Shown: piece after piece, positions 1-8,198 of the stretch
How the letters are laid out: each line of letters begins with the position of its first letter
How positions within the stretch are numbered: the stretch's first letter is position 1
DNA from: Alphaproteobacteria bacterium
GTDB lineage: Bacteria > Myxococcota_A > UBA796 > GCA-2862545
Assembly (NCBI GenBank): GCA_020632885.1
Contig: JACKEQ010000004.1
Location: forward strand, 73,361-105,360
Length of the DNA stretch: 32,000 bases
Reading direction: 5' to 3'
The notes under the pieces: generated by a model
The model's input: only the letters and a program-made list of their open reading frames with translations
Told to the model about the DNA's origin: nothing
The model's database searches: none
Translations under genes and position numbers: made by a program

Positions 1-1559
1 TCCCCGTTCACCCGGTAGAACTTCTGGGTCGTGAGCTTCAGGGCGCCCGCGCGCGGCGGCGTGCCCCGCGAGAGCCGGGCCATCATCTCGGAGAGCGACA
101 CGACGGTCTGCACGCTGCCCTTCCCGTGGGTGGACTTGCTGCCGACGATCAGCCCGCGCCCGTAGTCCTGGATGGCACCCGCCACGATCTCCGAGGCCGA
201 GGCGGACAGCGGCGAGGTCAGCACCACGAGCGGGCCGTCCCAGGCCGTTCCGCCACGCTTGTCCTCGAGGGTCTCGATCTCCCCGCTCCTCTCGCGGATC
301 TGGACGACGGGCCCCCGGTCGATGAACAGCCCCGTCATGTTCACCGCTTCCTGGAGCGACCCGCCGCCGTTCTGCCGGAGGTCGAGCACCACCCCGTCGA
401 TGGCGCCGGTCTCCAGCATGTCCTTGCGCAGGATGCGCTCGAGGTCGCGGGAGGCGCTGCGCTTGCCGCCGGGATCGACGTAGAACGAGGGGACGTCGAT
501 GACCGCGATGCGCTTGCCGCCGACCTCCTTCACCACGAAGTCGGCATCCGAGTCGGCCAGCACGACCTTGTCGCGCACGATCGAGACGATGCGGGTCTCG
601 CCGGGCTGGGTGGCGTCGGCCGGGATGACGGTGAGCCGGACCTCGGTGCCCTTCTTGCCGCGGATCTGGCGCACCACACGGTCGATGTTGAGGTCGATCA
701 CGTCGACGGGCTCGGCGTTGCCCTGCGCGACCGCGATGATCTTGTCGTTCACCTGGAGCTTGCCGCCCTTCTCGGCAGGCCCCCCCGCGATGAGGTCCGC
801 GACGATGGTGTACTCGCCGACCGTGCGCAGGCTCGCCCCGATGCCCTCGAGGCTGTTCTGCATCTCGATGTCGAAGTTGTCCTGCGAAGCCGGCTTGAAG
901 TAGATCGTGTGGGGGTCGAAGACCGTGGTGAGCGAGGTGAGGTAGCGCTCCAGCGCGTCCATCGGCTCCGCGGACATCGTGTCGGTCTCGAGGCGGTGGT
1001 AGCGCTTGCGCAGCAGGTCGCGCGTCTCCTCCTCCGACTTGTCGGAGAGCGCGCCCAGCACGAGCTGCTCCTCGATCCGCTGGCGCCAGAGGTCCTTCGC
1101 GTCGGCGGCATCGCGCGGCCATGGCGCATCCTTGCGGTCGAACAGGTAGTCCTCGTCGTTCGTGAGGTCGAGCGGGCCGTCCAGGATGACGTTGGCGTCG
1201 GCCACACGCTCGCGCACGCGCTGCCGGTAGCGCTCGTAGATCTCCATCGCGAGCTCGAGCTTCGGCCTGCCGGACCGCAGATCGTCGTCGATCGTGGTGG
1301 CCTTCGCGCGGTACGCGTCGATGTCCGACTGCAGGAAGAAGACGTGGTTGAAGTCGAGCGCCTCGAGGTAGGCGTCCATCCACTCCTTCGCGATCGCGTC
1401 GTCCACCGGCCGACCGTCGTAGTGGTACGTCGAGAGCAGCGACGCGACCATGCTGGCGACCGCAGGCTCGGTCTCACCGGCGGCGAGGCTGGCCGCGAGG
1501 GGAAGATCGGCGAGGGCAGTGCAGCTCACGAGGGCGAGCAGGACGAGTGGGCGAACCAT
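1..1559 (-). CDS. prc: Tail-specific (C-terminal processing) protease, S41 family, Prc-like; C-terminal end cut by the window edge
   Basis: Absent from the ORF track because it runs off the left edge. Hand translation from ATG 1559 (GGAGG 8 nt upstream) gives a signal peptide MVRPLVLLALVSCTALA. It continues with KEWMDAYLEALDFNHVFFLQSDIDAY, LEGIGASL, a PDZ-like GGPAEKGGKLQVNDKI, DLRQNGGGSL, TSPLSASASEIVAGAIQDYGRGLIVG, THGKGSVQ and KLTTQKFYRVNG. These are collinear with E. coli Prc as I remember it. The plus-strand ORF 126..1592 is its antisense shadow. Confidence 0.93.
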   Translation of the reverse strand, partial: MVRPLVLLALVSCTALADLPLAASLAAGETEPAVASMVASLLSTYHYDGRPVDDAIAKEWMDAYLEALDFNHVFFLQSDIDAYRAKATTIDDDLRSGRPKLELAMEIYERYRQRVRERVADANVILDGPLDLTNDEDYLFDRKDAPWPRDAADAKDLWRQRIEEQLVLGALSDKSEEETRDLLRKRYHRLETDTMSAEPMDALERYLTSLTTVFDPHTIYFKPASQDNFDIEMQNSLEGIGASLRTVGEYTIVADLIAGGPAEKGGKLQVNDKIIAVAQGNAEPVDVIDLNIDRVVRQIRGKKGTEVRLTVIPADATQPGETRIVSIVRDKVVLADSDADFVVKEVGGKRIAVIDVPSFYVDPGGKRSASRDLERILRKDMLETGAIDGVVLDLRQNGGGSLQEAVNMTGLFIDRGPVVQIRERSGEIETLEDKRGGTAWDGPLVVLTSPLSASASEIVAGAIQDYGRGLIVGSKSTHGKGSVQTVVSLSEMMARLSRGTPPRAGALKLTTQKFYRVNG

Positions 1560-1725
1560 GTGGGCGACCTCCGGTACCATTGTGACACGTAGGCACGAGC
1601 GCCTCTTCGCACACACGGCGATTTGTCTGATCTTGTCGGCGGGCCCGGTGGGCAGGCCCCTTCGACGCTGGGCCTCCCGTGCATTAAGGCCCCGTGTTCC
1701 ACACCCGTCCACGGAGCCCACGACC

Positions 1726-2529
1726 ATGTCGAAGAGCGCCACCATCGCCAGCCTCGTCCGCACCGCCTCCCGTTCGGAAGCCGAGTTCCACGCCACCATC
1801 GAGGAGGTGTTCGCCGAGGGTGACCTCTCCCGGGTCGCCGACTTCTTCGACAAGCTCAACATCCCGCGCTCCACCGGCGCGGAAGACGGCCTCTTCAAGG
1901 ACGTCCCGGTCCCGTCGGGCTCCGCCCTGACGATCGGAACGTTCGAGGAGGAGCACGCCATCTCCTCCGGCATCCAGCGCTACCTCGACCGCCACGAGCG
2001 CAAGATCAAGTGGCACGCCACGCACCCGGGCACCGAGGGCATCCCCAACGTCCTCCTCCTCTTCCGGGAGGCCATGTTCGTCACCAACCTCCGCCTCAAG
2101 CGCCTCGAGATCCTGCTGGACGCCGCGGACGAGCTGACGCCCGCGCAGTGGGCCGTGTCCCGCGAGATGATGAACCGGAGCTACCTGTCGTTCCGGAACT
2201 TCCTGCAGATCACGGCCCACGACTGGGTGGACGCGCTCGTCTCCACGATGTCGCCCGACGAGATCGCCGACCAGCTGCGCAACCCGAGCCCCGGCGGCGG
2301 TGCCGTCGACGACTTCTACCAGCTCGTCGACCACCAGATCCGGGAGCTCGAGGAGGCCCGCGAGCGCCTCGAGGCCCGCCGGATGGAGCTCACCGTGGTG
2401 CCCGAGGGCTTCCCGCCGGTGAAGCCCCCGAACTACTTCGGTGGCGACCTCATGGGCCGTGGCCCCTGGAAGCAGTTCTGGAACCACCTGAACGCGGCGG
2501 CCCATCACTTCCGCGAGTCGGTGGCCTGA
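1726..2529 (+). CDS. Hypothetical protein (267 aa); no family recognised
   Basis: In-frame ATG at 1726 inside track ORF 1450..2529, with GGAG 11 nt upstream. From MSKSATIASLVR onward the composition is protein-like (K, F, N, Y, W, I present) and third-position GC is high. The upstream part of the ORF and the opposite-strand ORF 1684..2604 have shadow-type G/R/V/H-rich composition. Confidence 0.65.
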   Translation: MSKSATIASLVRTASRSEAEFHATIEEVFAEGDLSRVADFFDKLNIPRSTGAEDGLFKDVPVPSGSALTIGTFEEEHAISSGIQRYLDRHERKIKWHATHPGTEGIPNVLLLFREAMFVTNLRLKRLEILLDAADELTPAQWAVSREMMNRSYLSFRNFLQITAHDWVDALVSTMSPDEIADQLRNPSPGGGAVDDFYQLVDHQIRELEEARERLEARRMELTVVPEGFPPVKPPNYFGGDLMGRGPWKQFWNHLNAAAHHFRESVA

Positions 2530-2542
2530 GCCTGCCGGGGGG

Positions 2543-3139
2543 TCAAGGCTCCCCGAGCAACGCGACCTCGGCGATGCACGCGTCGCCGGGGCCCTGGAGC
2601 TCACGCACCTCGATCTGCACGAACTGCACGCCCTCCAGGAGCACGTCGATGGCCGGAGGGCGCCCGCCCAGCGCCTCGAGGGTGCCCTCGGGTGGATCGA
2701 GCTCGACGGGCACGCGGTCGCCGCGGTCCGTCACCACGTCGAGCGCCGTGATGGCGGGTCCCTCGCCGTCCCACGGCGCGAGAAGGATGCGCCGTACGGT
2801 CATGGGGCGACCCGAGGAAAGGGCGAGCTTCTGACCCGCTCCGCCCGACGCGCACCATGCCGTCGTGAGGTCGCCGTCCGCCGCCCAGTGCTCGCCCACG
2901 CCGCCCTTCTCCGATGCGTTGCGCACGGAGGACGCCTGCACGCGGGTCTGCAGGGGCACGCAGCGCCCGGTGCACTCCGGCGGGGTGCTCCCCCACGGGG
3001 TGACGGCCGAGGGTGCGGTGACGGGGTCACGGCCGACCTCCGCTCGGGGGCTCACCACAGCGCGGACCACCTCCACGCGAGGGGGCTCGGGGGCCGGGGG
3101 TTCGGGCGGCGGCGGGGAACACGCGAGCAGCAGGAGCAT
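2543..3139 (-). CDS. Putative lipoprotein with a galactose-binding / discoidin (F5/8 type C)-like domain
   Basis: N-terminus MLLLLAC (lipobox-like, but a very short signal; an in-frame TGA lies 7 codons upstream, so ATG 3139 is the first canonical start). The pattern NASE..HWAADGDLTTAWCA ... VQFVQIEV ... ACIAEVALLG matches the usual F5/8-type-C layout. Confidence 0.7.
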   Translation of the reverse strand: MLLLLACSPPPPEPPAPEPPRVEVVRAVVSPRAEVGRDPVTAPSAVTPWGSTPPECTGRCVPLQTRVQASSVRNASEKGGVGEHWAADGDLTTAWCASGGAGQKLALSSGRPMTVRRILLAPWDGEGPAITALDVVTDRGDRVPVELDPPEGTLEALGGRPPAIDVLLEGVQFVQIEVRELQGPGDACIAEVALLGEP

Positions 3140-3234
3140 TCCCAGACGTAACCCGGCGTGTCAGGCCGGAGAAAGACGAGAGGCCGACCGAGACGGTAGC
3201 TTGGCGGGGAGGGCTCCGGCCCAGGGGGTAGATC

Positions 3235-4206
3235 ATGAACACCAAGCTCGCCTTTCTCATCCTGATGCTCGCCGGGTGCCCAGACGCGCCCGAGCCCACC
3301 TGTCCGCCTGTCGAGGGCGACACCGACGCCGACACCGATGCCGACACAGACGCCGACACAGACGCCGACACAGACGCCGACACAGATGCCGACACAGACG
3401 CGGACACCGATGCCGACACAGACGCCGACACAGACGCGGACACCGATGCCGACACGGACGCCGACACAGACGCGGACACCGATGCCGATGCCGACACCGA
3501 TACAGACGCCGACACCGATCCGTTCGACGCCACCGAGCTGGCGGCGCTCGCCTCCTGGCAGCCGCACACGGTGACGTTCGTGCCCACGGAGGATCCCACC
3601 GCCTCGGTCACCGGAGACCGCGTCACCGTGGTCCTCGAGTCCTTCCCCGTCGAGCTCGACATCACCTACGGGACGCGGTCGGCGCGCTCGTACAACAGCA
3701 GCCGCTCCAACAACATCCGGCTCGATCCGTTCGGCGGGGGCGACACCGGTGACACGGGGGCCTCGTCGAACGTCTCCGTCTCCTGGGACGGCACGCCCTG
3801 CACGGACACGTCCGCCTGCACCTCGCCGCCCACCCCGCGCGGAGGCGCCAACCTCCTGCACGTGACCACCACGGGCTACACCGAGCCCGTCGAGCTCCGC
3901 TGGGCCTCGACGTTCCCGTCGAGCGACGCCCATGTCGGGTTCCTCACGGTCTCCGCCGTGGACTTCCGCGGCCACGTGACCGTCCTGAAGGCGTCGTCCA
4001 CGACGGGAGGATCGGTCGCCGTCGGCACCGGGATGGACGTCGAGGACGCCTTCGTGCCAGGGGGCCCGGGCAACGTCACCCTCGCCCGGCCGATCGACAA
4101 GGCCACGCCGCTGGTCTCGGTCACCGGGACCTCCGGGACCTCCTGGCCCACGGGGCTTCGCATCGAGTCCACCGCTGTCGGCACCGAGGTGTCGTTCCTC
4201 TGGTGA
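3235..4206 (+). CDS. Lipoprotein with an N-terminal acidic (Asp-Thr-Asp-Ala)n repeat
   Basis: Classical lipoprotein signal MNTKLAFLILMLAGC. It is followed by about 17 DTDA units and then a non-repetitive Thr/Ser/Val-rich beta-type region of about 225 aa. Third-position GC is high. Confidence 0.85.
   Translation: MNTKLAFLILMLAGCPDAPEPTCPPVEGDTDADTDADTDADTDADTDADTDADTDADTDADTDADTDADTDADTDADTDADTDADADTDTDADTDPFDATELAALASWQPHTVTFVPTEDPTASVTGDRVTVVLESFPVELDITYGTRSARSYNSSRSNNIRLDPFGGGDTGDTGASSNVSVSWDGTPCTDTSACTSPPTPRGGANLLHVTTTGYTEPVELRWASTFPSSDAHVGFLTVSAVDFRGHVTVLKASSTTGGSVAVGTGMDVEDAFVPGGPGNVTLARPIDKATPLVSVTGTSGTSWPTGLRIESTAVGTEVSFLW
3319..3519 (+). repeat. In-frame 12-bp tandem repeat GACACNGAYGCS, 201 nt (about 16.75 copies), encoding (DTDA)n
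   Basis: Read directly: gacaccgacgcc gacaccgatgcc gacacagacgcc and so on, with only synonymous third-position variation plus one irregular DADADTDTDA unit near the 3' end. Confidence 0.95.
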
Positions 4207-4236
4207 CCCGGACGGCGTGGCCGGGTACGGTGGGGC

Positions 4237-6399
4237 ATGCGAGAGCTCGTCCTCGTCGGAGCCGGCCACACGCACGTCCAGGTGCTGAAGATGGCCGCCA
4301 TGGAGCCCCTCGACGCGCGGATCACGCTCGTCGTGGACGACCCCGTCGCGGTCTACAGCGGCATGGTCCCGGGGCTCGTCGCGGGTCGGTACGCGCCCCA
4401 CGAGCTGGAGATCGACGCCCGCCCCCTCGCGAAGCGCGCCGGGGTCAGGGTGATCCACGCCCGCGCCACGCGCGTCGACACGGAGGCACGCTGCATCCAC
4501 GTCGAGGGGCGCCCGCCCATCCGGTACGACGTGGCCAGCCTGAACATCGGGTCCACGGTGGCGGGGCTCGAGCTGGCAGGGGTCCGTGAGCACGCCGTGC
4601 CCACGCGGCCCATCCGCGTGCTGGTCGACGCCGTCGAGGCCCGCATGCAGGCCACCGGCCCCACGCCCGACGTCGTCATCGTGGGTGCGGGCGCGGGCGG
4701 CGTGGAGCTCGCGTTCTGTGTGGAACAGCGCCTGCGCGAGCTCGGTCGGGTGCCGCGCGTGACCCTCGCCCACCGGGGGGCCCATCCCCTCGAGGGCCAG
4801 CACACCCGGGTCCAGGGGCGCGTCGAGGACGCGGCCACACGGCGGGGCATCCGGCTCGCGCCGCACACCGAGGTCACGGCGGTCACGGCGACGTCCGTGG
4901 AGACGACGGCGGGCAGCCTGCCTTCCGACCTCACGGTCTGGGTGACGGGGGCCGCCGCGCACGGTGTCCTGCGTGACAGCGGGCTGCCGGTCGACGCGCG
5001 GGGGTTCGTGTTCGTGGGCGACGACCTGCGTGTGGAGGGCCATCCCGACCTGTTCGCCGCGGGAGACTGCGCGGTGCTGCGGAGCTGGCCGGGCATCCCG
5101 AAGGCGGGCGTGTACGCCGTGCGCGAGGGTCCCGTGCTCCTGGCGAACCTGCGGGCCCACCTCGCGGGCCGGCCGCTGGCGCCGTACCGTCCGCAGCGCG
5201 ACTTCTTCGGCATCCTCAACCTCGGCGACGGCACGGCCATCGGGACGAAGTGGGGCGTGGCCGTCGAGGGCGGCTGGGTGATGGAGCACAAGGACCGCAT
5301 CGACCGTCGGTTCATGCGGATGTTCCAGGTGCTCGAGCCCGACGGCAGGGTGGCCTCCGACTTCGACCGACCCATGAGCGCCATGGAGGGCGAGATGGTC
5401 TGCGGGGGCTGTGCCGCCAAGGTCGCTGCACGCCCCCTGCAGCGGGCCCTCTCGCGTCTCCCGCCCGTGGTGGACCCCGACGTGGCGGTGGGTCCCGAGG
5501 ACGCCGACGACGTCGTGGCGTGGCGGGACGGCGGACGGCTCGTGGTGCAGAACGTGGACGCCTTCAGCGCCTTCACGGACGACCCGTGGGTCGTGGGCCG
5601 CGTGGCCGCGCACAACGCGACGAGCGACGTGTGGGCGAAGGGTCTGGCGCCCCGGTTCGCCATGGCCACGGTGCAGATCCCGACGGACGACGACCACGAG
5701 GAGACGCTGTTCCAGGTCATGGCGGGCCTCAGAGCGAGCCTGGACCCCGAGGGCATCGCGCTGCTCGGGGGTCACACCACGCTGGGCGAGAAGCTCGTGG
5801 TGGGCCTGGTGGTCACGGCGATAGCGGACGAGCTGCCGTGGCGGAACCGGGGCGCGCGTCCTGGCGACACGCTCGTGCTGACGCGTCGCCTGGGGACCGG
5901 GGTCCTGTTCCACGCCGACATGGCGGGTCGGGCGCCCGGTCGGGCCGTGGACGCCGTGCTGAACACGATGCTGCGGGGCAACCGGCTCGCCTCGGAGCTG
6001 GCCCGTGGGCAGGCGGTGCACGCGTGCACGGACGTCACGGGCTTCGGGCTGGCGGGCCACCTGGCGGAGGTCGTGCGGGGCTCGGGCTGCGGCGCGGTGC
6101 TGGAGCTCGCGGCGCTGCCGGCCTTCCCCGCCGTGGAGGGGTTGCTGGCCCAGGGCGAGCGCTCGACCTTCCACGAGCAGAACCGGGAGCTCCTGAAGGT
6201 CGTGGCGGCGAAGGGGGACGCGGCACGCCACCCGCGCTTCGAGCTCCTGTTCGACCCGCAGACGGCCGGGGGTCTGCTGTTCGCGACGCCCGATCCAGAC
6301 GGGCTGATCGCCGCTCTGGAGGCGGGCGGCGACACGGCCTGGCGGATCGGGGTGTGCACGGAGCCCCACGAATCGGGCGCGGTGTTCGAGGTCGTCTGA
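4237..6399 (+). CDS. selD: Bifunctional FAD-dependent pyridine nucleotide-disulfide oxidoreductase / selenide, water dikinase (SelD) fusion
   Basis: The N-terminal half has VLVGAGHTH (Rossmann), VVIVGAGAGGVELA and FAAGDCAV. The C-terminal half starts MVCGGCAAKV (SelD Cys/Lys loop) and has DDPWVVGRVAAHNATSDVWAKG, LLGGHTT and ACTDVTGFGLAGHL (PurM/AIR-synthase-like fold). This matches the known N-terminal-to-SelD fusion family. Confidence 0.92.
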   Translation: MRELVLVGAGHTHVQVLKMAAMEPLDARITLVVDDPVAVYSGMVPGLVAGRYAPHELEIDARPLAKRAGVRVIHARATRVDTEARCIHVEGRPPIRYDVASLNIGSTVAGLELAGVREHAVPTRPIRVLVDAVEARMQATGPTPDVVIVGAGAGGVELAFCVEQRLRELGRVPRVTLAHRGAHPLEGQHTRVQGRVEDAATRRGIRLAPHTEVTAVTATSVETTAGSLPSDLTVWVTGAAAHGVLRDSGLPVDARGFVFVGDDLRVEGHPDLFAAGDCAVLRSWPGIPKAGVYAVREGPVLLANLRAHLAGRPLAPYRPQRDFFGILNLGDGTAIGTKWGVAVEGGWVMEHKDRIDRRFMRMFQVLEPDGRVASDFDRPMSAMEGEMVCGGCAAKVAARPLQRALSRLPPVVDPDVAVGPEDADDVVAWRDGGRLVVQNVDAFSAFTDDPWVVGRVAAHNATSDVWAKGLAPRFAMATVQIPTDDDHEETLFQVMAGLRASLDPEGIALLGGHTTLGEKLVVGLVVTAIADELPWRNRGARPGDTLVLTRRLGTGVLFHADMAGRAPGRAVDAVLNTMLRGNRLASELARGQAVHACTDVTGFGLAGHLAEVVRGSGCGAVLELAALPAFPAVEGLLAQGERSTFHEQNRELLKVVAAKGDAARHPRFELLFDPQTAGGLLFATPDPDGLIAALEAGGDTAWRIGVCTEPHESGAVFEVV

Positions 6400-6403
6400 C
6401 CCT

Positions 6404-6955
6404 TCACGCGTCCAGGAAGGCCGCGAGGGCCGACCGCAGATCGGCGACCCGGATCCGCTGTACCCACGCGAGCTCGTGTCCCGAGTCGTCCGAGAGCAAC
6501 ACGCGGTCGGGGTCGGCGGCGTGGCTCGCGATGAACCAGTCCACGTGGGTGCCCCACCGGCCGGTCTCGCCGCGGTCGGCCCGCGCCTGACGCCGTGCCG
6601 ACCGCCAAGCGGAGTCGTCGGGGTACGCGCGCCACAGCTCACGCGCATACCGGGTCGCCGCGAGCGCCTCGAAGGGCTCCAGCTCGCCACCCCCATTCAC
6701 GAAGGCGTCCATGCTCTCCCGGATCAAGTCGACATCGTAGCCGTGACCGTACGTGCGCCGATGGCGGAAAACGGACTCCGCGCTCACCAACCATGGCACC
6801 ACGAGCCGCAGGAGGGTCTGCCCGGCCTTCCGATTCACCTGCTCCAGCGGCTTCTGGAGGGCCTCGTACTGGCGCCGGACCATCGCATTGGTGTCGAGCA
6901 CCACCACAGTGGCTCGGCCCGCCCGCAGTCGGGCGCGGAGCTCATCCGAGGTCAT
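6404..6955 (-). CDS. PIN-domain (VapC-like) putative ribonuclease toxin
   Basis: The four acidic PIN positions appear in canonical context: VVVLDTNA (D21), LVSAESVF (E), HVDWFIASHA (D) and VLLSDDSG (D). The ATG at 6955 lies 14 nt inside the 3' end of the upstream ATPase gene. Confidence 0.8.
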   Translation of the reverse strand: MTSDELRARLRAGRATVVVLDTNAMVRRQYEALQKPLEQVNRKAGQTLLRLVVPWLVSAESVFRHRRTYGHGYDVDLIRESMDAFVNGGGELEPFEALAATRYARELWRAYPDDSAWRSARRQARADRGETGRWGTHVDWFIASHAADPDRVLLSDDSGHELAWVQRIRVADLRSALAAFLDA

Positions 6956-8147
6956 CGCCGTCCGCCGCGAACGGGAGCGGGTGCCGCTCTCGCCACCGAT
7001 CCTCCGAGAAGACGCGCAGCTCGCCGGGCTCGCCCCTCACGACGAAAACCCGCCCTCCCTCGGGCAGGCCGAGGTGCTCGCGCGCGAAGCCGTTGAACCG
7101 GAGCGCGCCCTCAGTGGACATGTAGGACTGCGGTGCGTCTGCGGGAGCCACGCCGGGGGCGAGGACCCCGGTGACATCGGAGGCCTCGCCGCCTGGACGC
7201 CGGGAGACCCGGAGACCTTCCGCGGTGCGCTCCAGATGGAAGAACGCGCCGCCCCGCTCGAAGACGGGCGAGTGGCTCGTGAGCAGGATCTGGGAGGGCC
7301 CGCGTGGGTCGGCCACGATGAAGTGCAGGGCCTCCGCGAGCCGCTCCTGCACGTCCATCCGCAGGTTGAGCTCGGGCTCTTCGATGGCGACGATGTCGGC
7401 GCCACACGTCAGCACGCGCCCGATGAGCGCCACGACCTGCTGCGCGCCGGAACCGAGCAGATAGGCGGGCAACCGACCGTCGGGGGTCTCCAGCACCACG
7501 AGCGCCCTGCCCTCTTCGCGGCGGTAGACGACGTTGATCTCCCGGCCGCCGAGGAGCTCGCGGAAGCGCGCCATCACGTCGCGGAAGAGGTCCATGCGCT
7601 GGATGGCCGCCGTCTCGAGGCTGTCGCGGGCATCGAACAGCGCCATGGCCACGTCGGCCGGGATCTGCCCGCGGTCGTGGGGGTCGCGGTTGCTGCCGCC
7701 GTCGCCGATCTCGGTGCGATCGACCTGGATGTGCTGGAACCGCGGAGAGTCCCGCAACGCCTCCCATGCTGCCCTGTCATGTCGGTCCGGGCGCGGCTGA
7801 ACGCGCACACCATCCCCTCCCCAGGTGACCTCCACCCTGGCAGGGACGGCCACGCCTTCCACGCCCAGCTCGAAGCGAGCGTGTCCGTGGCCACCCAAGG
7901 TGTAGAAGTCCCGAGGGTCCATCCTCACCACCGAAGCGAAGTTGCGGCGATCCAACTCGAGCGACCCGAGCTTGTCCTGTAAGAACAGCAGGTCGATAAG
8001 CCGAAGGCACGCGCCGATGGCCTCGACCACATTGGACTTCCCGACGTCGTTGGCTCCGTGGAGCACGACCACGCCGCCCATGCCCTCCAGGCGCACCTCG
8101 TCGACGAGGTTCTTGAAGCCCTGGACCGCGAATGTCTCGATGCGCAC
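6942..8147 (-). CDS. SMC/RecF/OLD-type ABC ATPase (AAA_21/AAA_15-like) with a C-terminal AbrB/SpoVT/MazE-like domain
   Basis: GTG start at 8147 with GGAGG 5 nt upstream. Motifs are Walker A VVLHGANDVGKSN, signature-like LLGSGAQQ, Walker B/D-loop DIVAIEEPELNL and H-loop LLTSHSP. No nuclease domain is present. The last about 58 aa (nt 6945-7118), STEGALRFNGFAREHLGLPEGGRVFVVRGEPGELRVF, resemble a swapped-hairpin AbrB-type domain and are followed by an acidic tail FAADGDDLG. Confidence 0.85.
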   Translation of the reverse strand: MRIETFAVQGFKNLVDEVRLEGMGGVVVLHGANDVGKSNVVEAIGACLRLIDLLFLQDKLGSLELDRRNFASVVRMDPRDFYTLGGHGHARFELGVEGVAVPARVEVTWGGDGVRVQPRPDRHDRAAWEALRDSPRFQHIQVDRTEIGDGGSNRDPHDRGQIPADVAMALFDARDSLETAAIQRMDLFRDVMARFRELLGGREINVVYRREEGRALVVLETPDGRLPAYLLGSGAQQVVALIGRVLTCGADIVAIEEPELNLRMDVQERLAEALHFIVADPRGPSQILLTSHSPVFERGGAFFHLERTAEGLRVSRRPGGEASDVTGVLAPGVAPADAPQSYMSTEGALRFNGFAREHLGLPEGGRVFVVRGEPGELRVFSEDRWRERHPLPFAADGDDLG

Positions 8148-8198
8148 GGCGCCTCCAGAGATCCAGCGTATCCCGGCCCCCAGCGCGCCGACCGGAAG

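Noticed and set aside
126-1592. 488-aa plus-strand ORF (and nested ORFs 172..483, 499..903, 749..1477)
   Set aside because: Composition is of the antisense-shadow type (G/R/V/D/H/L-rich, almost no K/N/F/Y/I). The opposite strand encodes an unmistakable Prc protease over the same span.
1560-1725. Largest intergenic region (prc / hypothetical divergent spacer) as a possible sRNA or riboswitch
   Set aside because: I recognise no conserved riboswitch motif and no convincing extended secondary structure. It is most simply two divergent promoters plus the SD sequences noted for both genes.
2528-2551. Stem-loop GAGCCT-N12-AGGCTC between the convergent genes 1726..2529 and 2543..3139 as a bidirectional terminator
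   Set aside because: It has only a 6-bp stem with a 12-nt loop and no flanking T/A tract. It overlaps both stop codons. This is too weak to call.
3319-3519. Possibility that the short-period repeat is a CRISPR array or non-coding satellite; also antisense ORF 3027..3665 encoding (SVSA)n
   Set aside because: The period is 12 bp with no spacers. It is in frame within a lipoprotein gene, and variation is restricted to synonymous wobble positions. No cas genes are present. The antisense ORF is a mirror image of the repeat.
3052-6696. 1214-aa minus-strand ORF, the longest in the track
   Set aside because: It is antisense to the DTDA lipoprotein and the oxidoreductase-SelD gene. Its composition is Arg/Gly/His/Pro-rich junk with no motifs, while the plus-strand products have clear family signatures.
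6404-8147. Recently acquired mobile island carrying the ATPase-PIN pair (and generally any prophage, IS or integrative element in the window)
   Set aside because: There is no integrase, transposase, recombinase, tRNA attachment site or flanking direct or inverted repeats. GC content and codon style look the same as in neighbouring housekeeping genes by eye.
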